In this document: piece by piece, positions 56,788 through 64,000 of the stretch
How positions within the stretch are numbered: the stretch's first letter is position 1
Layout: each line of letters opens with the position of its first letter
Origin: a virus
DNA length: 64,000 bases
Direction: 5' to 3' (one strand)
Virus record (IMG/VR): IMGVR_UViG_3300045988_119573
Span: 82,089-146,088 of that record
Program-made: the position numbers and the translations under genes
Notes under the pieces: model-generated
Seen by the model: only the letters and a program-made list of their open reading frames with translations
What the model was told of the DNA's origin: nothing
The model's database searches: none

Positions 56788-57237
56788 CTAGGATGCCATT
56801 GCATTCATGTACGATAACATGCCGTTTTGTATTAAAATGCCATGTCCTATTTTTAACATTAAAGATAGATCAGATATTCTTCCCCAATACTCTAAAAGAT
56901 TATTCTTTGGAATTGTTCTTCCTTGCTCTAAATACACCTGTGATACCATTTTTAATCCATTACTGGTATTTGGATAAATGGTTACATGTGTCGGTATCCA
57001 GTTCCTTAATTTTTTTGTAATTGGATACACGTTAATCTCTGTGCTCGTATTATTACAAATATTATTAGAATATACGATGACTGGTCTTTTCCCATGCAAG
57101 ATATGACTACCTTCAATTTTCGGCAAATCTGCAAAATATATTCCCCAAACTTGAGGATTTTGATATTTGCCATATACATATTCTTTTCTTTTTCTGTTAT
57201 CGTTTCCTTTTCTTTCTTTGTTAGTATATCCGTTCAT
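56788..57237 (-). CDS. PemK/MazF-fold domain protein (toxin-like), start revised
   Basis: GIYFADLPKIEGSHILHGKRPVIVYSNNICNNTSTEINVYPITKK resembles MazF/PemK (GDI..V.F....G.E..G.RP.VV.S.D..N.....V.V.PITS). The track start lies inside the predicted -10; internal ATG (MNGYTNK) has a GAGGGA RBS. Confidence 0.45.
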   Translation of the reverse strand: MNGYTNKERKGNDNRKRKEYVYGKYQNPQVWGIYFADLPKIEGSHILHGKRPVIVYSNNICNNTSTEINVYPITKKLRNWIPTHVTIYPNTSNGLKMVSQVYLEQGRTIPKNNLLEYWGRISDLSLMLKIGHGILIQNGMLSYMNAMAS

Positions 57238-57287
57238 TTTTACGTCCCTCAACTTTCCCCAGTTGCATTTTTTGTTTTCATGAATTA

Positions 57288-57345
57288 AATATACCATACT
57301 TTTTGCACCCTGTCAATAGGTGCAAGAAAGAAAGTTAATTTTTGT
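57288..57345 (-). promoter_or_regulatory. Promoter TTGACA-17-TATATT with a 23-bp palindrome over the -35 (copy 2 of the repeated element)
   Basis: Minus strand AAAAATTAACTTTCTTTCTTGCACCTATTGACAGGGTGCAAAAGTATGGTATATT; compare copy 1 at 12751..12797. Confidence 0.5.
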
Positions 57346-57397
57346 TGTGAACAAAGAATCTCTACATTTCTTATTATAATGCTACCATAGAACAAAA

Positions 57398-57718
57398 TCA
57401 AGATATTTTTCGAACAGATGTTCTCTTTTTGTTCGAACACTTTACTTTGTGCTTACTTGGAAGGGGGAAATACTGTCTAACTTTATGAGGCTTATCCAGT
57501 TTCCATTTCTTTTCTTCAAAATCATAGTCACAAAAATCAAGCACTTCGTCCACACATCCATCATTATATTTGTAATCCACAATAACAGGATATGTTTTAT
57601 ACCTCATGTAACGTGATGCATTATCTGGTTTTAATGGTGGAATCTCTGCTGAAATCCACATAAGATTCTGGTTTGCTTTCTTTTCTTCCTTATTTTGTCT
57701 AATCGTATTTATCTTCAT
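57398..57718 (-). CDS. Hypothetical basic protein
   Basis: 106-aa ORF. Confidence 0.4.
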   Translation of the reverse strand: MKINTIRQNKEEKKANQNLMWISAEIPPLKPDNASRYMRYKTYPVIVDYKYNDGCVDEVLDFCDYDFEEKKWKLDKPHKVRQYFPLPSKHKVKCSNKKRTSVRKIS

Positions 57719-57729
57719 ACAAAATTCTC

Positions 57730-58476
57730 CTATAAAATCCTAATAATTTGTTCGTAAATTGCAATCGCATTATCTTCTGGAAAGTTCTGGTTCACATGCA
57801 TATGCCCAAAGAACCATTTTTGATAAATCACTTTGTCTTTTATTTGCTGTAAATAATCCGTTAACTTGTCAGATTTGTACACTCCTGATCCTTGATCCAT
57901 TTGTCTTAAAACAGATGTGTATGGACTATGTGTAATAACGTAATCTACTTGGAAGTCATTTTTCTCTAAATTCATCACACCTTCTGCCATCTCTTTATCA
58001 GATGGCAATTCTTCTTTCCACCAGCTCACATGATTAATCCTAAACATTTTGTCATAATCTCTGTACCATTCATTAATTCTTGGATCGTCTGGCTCTAAAA
58101 TTCCATCTTGCACATCATGGGAACTGGCACCGCCAAATGTAAAGAATTTCTTTCCTTGAATTTCAAACACCTGTCCACGCATAAGATGAAATACAGAGTC
58201 TTTGATCTTGTGAATCTTTCCGCCACACCATTTCTCTACAGGATATTGATATAAGCGATCATAATTTTCATGGTTCCCACATACAAACAAAGTAGTAAAT
58301 GGTTTGTTGTCCAACCATTCCAGATTATGTCGTTCTTCTTTTGTGTCATGCCACAATCCAAAATCTCCGCAAATGATCACGTAATCATCTTTAGTTAACT
58401 CTACTCCTTCTGGGAAAGAATGACTGTTTAATCGAGTCATCCAATCCCCATGCGTATCTCCTGTTACAAATATCAT
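57730..58476 (-). CDS. Calcineurin-like metallophosphoesterase
   Basis: GDTHGD, GDFG, GNHE, GHMH motifs in canonical order. Confidence 0.75.
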   Translation of the reverse strand: MIFVTGDTHGDWMTRLNSHSFPEGVELTKDDYVIICGDFGLWHDTKEERHNLEWLDNKPFTTLFVCGNHENYDRLYQYPVEKWCGGKIHKIKDSVFHLMRGQVFEIQGKKFFTFGGASSHDVQDGILEPDDPRINEWYRDYDKMFRINHVSWWKEELPSDKEMAEGVMNLEKNDFQVDYVITHSPYTSVLRQMDQGSGVYKSDKLTDYLQQIKDKVIYQKWFFGHMHVNQNFPEDNAIAIYEQIIRIL

Positions 58477-59423
58477 AAAATAACTCCTTCCAGCAGCTCT
58501 TTTAGTGCCTGCATATTGTCCTCATGTACCCTATCATTTTGATCTGCATCCTCCTTACCAGTCTCATAAGCACACTTGATAATCTCCATAACTCTATCAT
58601 AACTCACATTAATAACATTTTCCTTTAATCCGTTAAATGCTCCGCTGATAATATTCTTGTACGTCTGAGCAATATCATCAAATAACACATGAGTTTCCTC
58701 TTCTGTAATTGTAGCATATAAAAACGTCATTGCAGGACTACTATGGTTCAATAATCGCATAAGTGTATACAATACATTCTGATCATCTTTATGATCAACA
58801 AGTGTCCAATACACAAAGTTCTTTCGTAGTGTATGTGTACCAATGTTATCCTCAATTCCAACTGCTTTAGCACCTTTTTTAACAAAGTCTAAAGCATTTG
58901 CTTCTGTCATGTGTCCTGATCCAGATTTACATGTTCCGAAAACATAATCATCCATTGGCACTTCGCCATCAATCTTGACATCATATTTAGTTCCTGCGAC
59001 AGCTTCAAAGAAAATATCCACTGCTTCGGTTACTAAGTCGTTAAAGTATACAGTTCTAAATTTCTTTGTTTTCTTTTCCTGCTTACGAGTCTTATCTTCC
59101 AATAAATCGCCCCATTTGAGTCTAACAATATCAGAGATACGATATGCTGTATTGTTTCCAACTGTAACCAAAAGATTATTTCTGGCAGCTACATATCGTT
59201 TGTACTCTGTGTACGATTTATCAATCTGGTCTCTAAAATATGCATTAAAGGCTGCAAATTGTTTTCTGTCTTTGATCGGATACACTAAAGATGATACGCC
59301 TTTTTGTTTGTTAGATCGAGTCCATTTAGGACTTCCATCCTTACGTCTTTTAATCTTTGTTTCAGATTCTTCTGCGTTATTATTGTTTACTGTTTCAATA
59401 ACTTCAAACTGTGTTGCTGCCAT
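58473..59423 (-). CDS. int: Tyrosine site-specific recombinase / integrase
   Basis: RISDIVRLKWGDL (Arg box), HTLRKNF, LLNHSSPAMTFLYAT (H...Y box II). Confidence 0.75.
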   Translation of the reverse strand: MAATQFEVIETVNNNNAEESETKIKRRKDGSPKWTRSNKQKGVSSLVYPIKDRKQFAAFNAYFRDQIDKSYTEYKRYVAARNNLLVTVGNNTAYRISDIVRLKWGDLLEDKTRKQEKKTKKFRTVYFNDLVTEAVDIFFEAVAGTKYDVKIDGEVPMDDYVFGTCKSGSGHMTEANALDFVKKGAKAVGIEDNIGTHTLRKNFVYWTLVDHKDDQNVLYTLMRLLNHSSPAMTFLYATITEEETHVLFDDIAQTYKNIISGAFNGLKENVINVSYDRVMEIIKCAYETGKEDADQNDRVHEDNMQALKELLEGVIL

Positions 59424-59523
59424 GATAATCTCTCCTCTCTAATTATTGCACTGTTCACGTACTTCTGGTCTAATTTCTACTTCGATTAATTCCATAATTC
59501 TCACTCCAATTCTCTAAATTTAG

Positions 59524-59553
59524 GCAAAATAAAAAGAAGCCCATAAGCTTCTC
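59524..59553 (-). terminator. Rho-independent terminator after the replisome-organiser gene
   Basis: Minus strand GAAGC-TTATGG-GCTTC followed by TTTTTATTTTG. Confidence 0.45.
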
Positions 59554-59601
59554 AAAATTGCCATTATTCAGTTTGCAATTATCATCATCCGTCATACAGG
59601 T

Positions 59602-60324
59602 TTACCCTGTCATTTGCTTCTCAAAAAGCTGTCTTTCCAACGCACCGAAATCATAGTCACGATCACACTCCAGGCGTGCAAGGTTTGTTGCCTTAGACTT
59701 TTGTTTAGCGTTCTTCTTAGCTTGATTACGTTCCCAGTTTCGTACTGCTGCCTTCCAGTCTTGCATCTTGCTATTGCCCATCATCCAATCTTTGGCTGTG
59801 TAATAATCCACAAACTCTTCTGGATCAATCCCATTGTTTCTTTGTTGACAATATCTGGAGACTTGCTCGCAATCAGGCGGTGTGAATCGCTTTATATTAT
59901 TATTATTATATTTATTATTATTCTTTACTTTCTTTTTATGTGTCGCTTCTACGTCGTTTTGGTGTCGTTTCTGTGTAGTTTTTTCATCTACAAAACCTTG
60001 ATAAACACTGTAATTTACTATGGTTATGACTGTCTTTTTAGTGTCGCTTTTTACATGTATGATACTGTCGTTTTCCAGTGTCTTTAAAAATTTGACAACC
60101 TTTGAATTACTCCACCCCCATCGATCACACAATCTTCTGATCGAAGTAACCATCGATCCTCGCTCGACTGTTTCTAAGTTTCCATCAACATACTTAGGTT
60201 GATCATTATAACCTGCGAGAATCAGTAAGTCAATCATTGCTTGTCCTCTGGCAAATGGTTTGTCTTCCCATAGCCAATGATCTGTAATTTTCCGATGGAG
60301 TTTAATCCATCCTGTGTTACTCAT
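59602..60324 (-). CDS. Phage replisome organiser / DnaD-like replication initiation protein
   Basis: N-terminal MSNTGWIKLHRKITDHWLWED (replisome organiser N-terminal signature) and C-terminal DnaD-like region (IDPEEFVDYYTAKDWMMGNSKMQDWKAAVRNW). Confidence 0.6.
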   Translation of the reverse strand: MSNTGWIKLHRKITDHWLWEDKPFARGQAMIDLLILAGYNDQPKYVDGNLETVERGSMVTSIRRLCDRWGWSNSKVVKFLKTLENDSIIHVKSDTKKTVITIVNYSVYQGFVDEKTTQKRHQNDVEATHKKKVKNNNKYNNNNIKRFTPPDCEQVSRYCQQRNNGIDPEEFVDYYTAKDWMMGNSKMQDWKAAVRNWERNQAKKNAKQKSKATNLARLECDRDYDFGALERQLFEKQMTG

Positions 60325-60383
60325 GGCATCGCTCCCCTCTATATGTGGAGATAAAATTCTCCTTTAATACCTACATATATTTA

Positions 60384-60599
60384 TTATTCGTCAACATAAT
60401 AATCACGTTTAAACTCTTCATAAGTCATAACACGTTTCCCACAGTTTCTACAAGTCATAGTCTTTCTATAGTTGTACTCTGTAACACCTTCTTCTTCCAG
60501 CTCTCCATTGCCTGTATATAAATCGTATCCTTTCATATAAATTCTGTGCTCTAAACCTGACTCACTTCCACAATGAGGACATTTGATTTTTTTTCGCAT
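60384..60599 (-). CDS. Zinc-ribbon small protein
   Basis: CPHCG...CRNCG. Confidence 0.45.
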   Translation of the reverse strand: MRKKIKCPHCGSESGLEHRIYMKGYDLYTGNGELEEEGVTEYNYRKTMTCRNCGKRVMTYEEFKRDYYVDE

Positions 60600-60626
60600 A
60601 TATTAACCACCTATCAAATTTTCGTT

Positions 60627-61355
60627 TTATTCTTCATCAAGTTCCATATGATTTACATCAACAGGATTCTCTAATTTTAAAATATCTTCTTTCTGTTCTA
60701 CAAGAGCCTGTTGAGCTATTGCATTAATTTTATTCTGTGCAAAAGCCTCGATTTCTCCTTTAGCTTCTGTAATTGTTTTGTCTATCTGATTTTGGAATTG
60801 ATCAAAGATAAATTTTGAACTAGATTCCATACCTTGAGTCACGTTGGCAAGTCTTCTCAGAATCATTTCTCGATCACCTTTTCCAATAGATTTCTTCGTA
60901 GTAAAAAGCTCCTTGACTTCATCATAAAATTCTTTTGCATCGCTCATACGCTCGTTCATAGACTCTTTAAATTCATTTGTTATCTGCTGTCTTTTATTGA
61001 TAAAATCCGCTTCGTTAATACGTCCTTTACCACGTAAATATTTAATAGTACATGGAGTACCTGTTCCAACATTCATAGAAGTAATTAATTCCGCAAATTG
61101 TGATTGCGACATTTCTACTTCCAGAATCTCATCTTCTCCAACATACCAATCATCATTGAGTCCCCTTGTAACCACACCTTCCCTTAATACCATATGGATT
61201 GTATCGTTATGCTGAATGCTACTGCCAAATAAATTGCTATGCCCGCCATGAGTACGATTGAATGATAACATTCCAAATGATGGATGTTTATATGATGTTC
61301 CAAGAGCATCTTCTGATATTATATAATCTCCTTCTTTCCTAGCATTTTCTCTCAT
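60627..61355 (-). CDS. Hypothetical protein
   Basis: 242-aa ORF. Confidence 0.45.
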   Translation of the reverse strand: MRENARKEGDYIISEDALGTSYKHPSFGMLSFNRTHGGHSNLFGSSIQHNDTIHMVLREGVVTRGLNDDWYVGEDEILEVEMSQSQFAELITSMNVGTGTPCTIKYLRGKGRINEADFINKRQQITNEFKESMNERMSDAKEFYDEVKELFTTKKSIGKGDREMILRRLANVTQGMESSSKFIFDQFQNQIDKTITEAKGEIEAFAQNKINAIAQQALVEQKEDILKLENPVDVNHMELDEE

Positions 61356-61374
61356 TTATCCAACTTCCTTTCTA

Positions 61375-61878
61375 TTAAAGTTTCATTTTATCTATACGAT
61401 CGTCACATTCCCATACCGCTTCATAGCAGACATCTAACATATCTCTTACGATTTGTTTCCTTTGACTTAACTTTGCTTCTGTTTTTTCAATATCCTCTTT
61501 ATCACGCAATAAATACATATATTTTTGATACGGCATGTTTGTATCTGCTAGTTTTTCTTCTATGGCGATCCTTTCATCAATTACTTTTCTTAGTTTATTA
61601 CCTAATTCCTTATTCTTATCTTTAAGCGCTTTGATAATTGTATATCCATACATTCTTTGATATTTAGACTCAAATTTTCCATCTTTGAATTCATAACGAT
61701 CCTCAACCTTGCAGGCATCTAAAATCTTATCTCCGTTTTCTCTGCACTCATTTAACAATTCTAATAAACTCTGTTCATTATCAAATGTCGCATAGCCAAT
61801 ACCATCTTCTTTTGTTTCGTAAACACACATATATGGTTTTTCTGATGTATATGCTTTAGATTTTTCCATTTTAATCAC
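61375..61878 (-). CDS. Hypothetical protein
   Basis: 167-aa ORF. Confidence 0.4.
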   Translation of the reverse strand: MIKMEKSKAYTSEKPYMCVYETKEDGIGYATFDNEQSLLELLNECRENGDKILDACKVEDRYEFKDGKFESKYQRMYGYTIIKALKDKNKELGNKLRKVIDERIAIEEKLADTNMPYQKYMYLLRDKEDIEKTEAKLSQRKQIVRDMLDVCYEAVWECDDRIDKMKL

Positions 61879-61893
61879 TCCTTTTTAATTCCT

Positions 61894-62274
61894 TTATTCC
61901 TTACAAGCTACAATGCAAGTTAGCTCTTTAAAGAACGGTTGATCTTTAACCTGATTTAATAAATAATATACATCCAAATTGATCATATCTTTTTCGGATT
62001 TATCTATACTATATATTATTAAATATTCCAGTTTGTCACTCCAATTCTCAACAATTCCTAAATATTTTTCCATTTCCTCTTTAATGCTCTGCGAATCATC
62101 TAAAATAAAATTATCACATCTTGAAAACAGACTGCGAGAAATGTTTTCATCTTCAAATATGATTACAAAACATTTTTCTGATCGAGAACTATCAATAAAA
62201 TCACTGAGAAATTTAGATTTTCCGTTCCCTTTTAATGTTAATATATTCATTTTTCTATCACTCCTTCTGATCAA
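61894..62274 (-). CDS. Hypothetical protein
   Basis: 126-aa ORF. Confidence 0.4.
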   Translation of the reverse strand: MIRRSDRKMNILTLKGNGKSKFLSDFIDSSRSEKCFVIIFEDENISRSLFSRCDNFILDDSQSIKEEMEKYLGIVENWSDKLEYLIIYSIDKSEKDMINLDVYYLLNQVKDQPFFKELTCIVACKE

Positions 62275-62515
62275 ATATTTGTTTTAATACTGCATCAGTT
62301 TTAGCCATAGATTCATCAATGTCATTGGAACACATTGCCTCAAATAGTTCCTCGTAGCAATGAGAGCATAAATAAATTGGCTGTGTGCTTGTATATTTTC
62401 CATTCTTATATTCAAACACTATCTTCTTCATACCTTTATCGTTATCTGAATATTTTCTACATTCAACGCATGATCCAAATTCATCTGGCAGATCTGCCAC
62501 ATTATATATTTTCAT
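62258..62515 (-). CDS. Zinc-ribbon small protein
   Basis: CVECRK...CSHC. Confidence 0.4.
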   Translation of the reverse strand: MKIYNVADLPDEFGSCVECRKYSDNDKGMKKIVFEYKNGKYTSTQPIYLCSHCYEELFEAMCSNDIDESMAKTDAVLKQIFDQKE

Positions 62516-62532
62516 AATTATATCACACCTTC

Positions 62533-63627
62533 CTATTCTTCTGAAATAATTTCCACCGCTGCTTCGTAAAATCTGTTATATAAAGTTGCATTAGTTTTAA
62601 TAAGTTGAGATTTAGACAGTCCATGAGCATATTCATCCCAGTTAACGCCATTCTCTGTCATCTTATTATAGATTTTCCGATAAACAGAAGTTCCACCTTT
62701 AGATTTATTTCCAATGTGATTAGCATAATTGGTAATCTTAATCTTCATTTCATCCCAATCAGGCTGTGCGTTCTCTTTTCGGAACTGTCGCAGAAGTTTT
62801 TCCAATGAATTAACCAATAGGTCAGGATATTTGTCATAGCAAAGATCAATCGTTGGTACATTACCTCTTTCCCCGATATTATACTTCTCTTTGTATTCTT
62901 TTCGATCCTGCTCCCACACAATTCCATATGTGTTGGTAAGATACCTATATGTCTCTTTAAGAATATCTCTTGTAGTAGTTCCTAACTCATCAGATTCTTT
63001 CAAAATATCATTGATGATTGAATACACGTTAGATTTCCATTCATTAAGTTTGTATTCTGCAATAGCATTTTCCGTATCCACAACTGGAATATCTTTCGTA
63101 GGCTTGCCAATCTGCTTATACAGTTCTTTCCGCTCCGCTTTCATTTCTTTAACAATGTCTGCTAACTGATTGAAACCTTTAATAGTGATGTTATACAGAC
63201 GTTCATTGTTTCTTTCCATCTGCTTCATAAGTTCTGTCTGCTCCGTAAGAAACCGTTCTACTGTTGTCACAGGAGTTCCTGTTCTTAAATTTCCATGACG
63301 ATAAGCTTTGATAATATTCCATGCCCAATCCATAAAGGCATTTGCCTTCGGTTGTTTACTCCATCTACAAATTTCCATCACGCCACGTTCACTATAAAGT
63401 GTAGTATCATACTTCTTGTTATCAGTAGCCCCCAGTTTGAGGGTAACTGAATATTTATCCAGTCTATCTCTATACCTATTGTGTAAATTATCAATTGCTT
63501 TCTGTGGATCACTGTATTCCAGTGCTTCTCCGATCTGCTTTCTTGTCATCCAAATATCGTCCTCAGCACTATAAAAATCACACGTTATATCGTTAAAATT
63601 TTCCGTTTTTACCAACTGTAGGTTCAT
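62533..63627 (-). CDS. BRO-family protein (Bro-N domain N-terminus)
   Basis: ITCDFYSAEDDIWMTRKQIGEALEYSDPQKAIDNLHNRY...LYSERGVMEICRWSKQPKANAFMDW. Confidence 0.6.
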   Translation of the reverse strand: MNLQLVKTENFNDITCDFYSAEDDIWMTRKQIGEALEYSDPQKAIDNLHNRYRDRLDKYSVTLKLGATDNKKYDTTLYSERGVMEICRWSKQPKANAFMDWAWNIIKAYRHGNLRTGTPVTTVERFLTEQTELMKQMERNNERLYNITIKGFNQLADIVKEMKAERKELYKQIGKPTKDIPVVDTENAIAEYKLNEWKSNVYSIINDILKESDELGTTTRDILKETYRYLTNTYGIVWEQDRKEYKEKYNIGERGNVPTIDLCYDKYPDLLVNSLEKLLRQFRKENAQPDWDEMKIKITNYANHIGNKSKGGTSVYRKIYNKMTENGVNWDEYAHGLSKSQLIKTNATLYNRFYEAAVEIISEE

Positions 63628-63689
63628 TCTTCATCTTCCTTTCTAAACTGTCTTATTTTTCTCTATACTCATTATTTTTATATAGCTGT

Positions 63690-63960
63690 ATTCCGTAAAC
63701 TAATAGAAATAAAATCAACATTTAATTCCAACTATTAGTGTGCCAATCCTAATAGAAACCTATTCTATTCCTATTAGTTCTCTATGTAATCAACACCTTA
63801 TCTATTAACAATTATATGTTTAGTTAGTTATTAGTTTGTGTATAATAAATTTGACAAAGAACCGACCTGCCAAATCGGTTCCTGCCAAATATTTCCGTAA
63901 AATAAAAAGAACCTTCCGTTCGGTTCTTTGCCAAAATTATTATATGGAATTATAAAATAA
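63690..63960. repeat. Non-coding repeat-rich region (TAATAGAAA iteron-like repeats and two GAACC...GGTTC hairpins) at the contig end
   Basis: ctaatagaaat / cctaatagaaacctattctattcctattag (inverted CTAATAG/CTATTAG); gaaccgacctgccaaatcggttcctgccaaat and gaaccttccgttcggttctttgccaaaa. Confidence 0.4.
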
Positions 63961-63966
63961 ATGCCG

Positions 63967-64000
63967 CTGTCTCTTATACACATCTCCGAGCCCACGAGAC
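63967..64000. other. Nextera/Tn5 mosaic-end adapter sequence (library artefact, not biological)
   Basis: CTGTCTCTTATACACATCTCCGAGCCCACGAGAC is the Tn5 ME plus read-2 adapter. Confidence 0.95.

Overview
This is a 64 kb AT-rich window from a large bacteriophage genome. Gene content suggests a low-GC Firmicutes/Clostridia-type host. Almost every gene is on the minus strand, and the window ends in sequencing-adapter sequence. Recognisable modules, left to right: (1) nucleotide metabolism: nrdG plus an nrdD gene split into three exons by two group I introns (R/S P7 elements visible), and an NMP kinase; (2) a probable anti-defence islet: ADP-ribosylglycohydrolase, DUF2829/Tad2-like sponge, small membrane proteins; (3) a large replication module: NAD-dependent ligase, RecD-like helicase, ERCC4 nuclease, DNA Pol III alpha, free-standing LAGLIDADG homing endonuclease, RecJ-like DHH exonuclease, Toprim primase, DnaB helicase, ATPase, SSB-like protein; (4) two paralogous phage sigma factors, a HigA-like HTH plus nucleotidyltransferase pair, an NDT-fold protein and a DHH/DHHA1 phosphoesterase; (5) the most notable locus: a compact Cas12f-like (type V-F-like) RuvC nuclease gene (38568..40199) followed by three tandem mini-CRISPR arrays of 36-nt repeats with 30-35 nt spacers. 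Each mini-array is followed by a structured tracrRNA-like module whose anti-repeat segment co-varies with that array's repeat variant, and no cas1/cas2/cas4 genes are present; (6) many small hypothetical genes, a tRNA whose four stems are intact but whose anticodon loop carries a ~67-nt insertion, a PspA-like gene with an in-frame TAG followed by a 76-codon stop-free extension, a flotillin homolog, a second radical SAM gene, antirepressors (Bro-N/KilAC), a PemK/MazF-fold protein, two tyrosine recombinases and a replisome organiser. Coordinates of non-ORF features are approximate (+/- a few nt). All functional calls rest on motif recognition by eye, not database searches.
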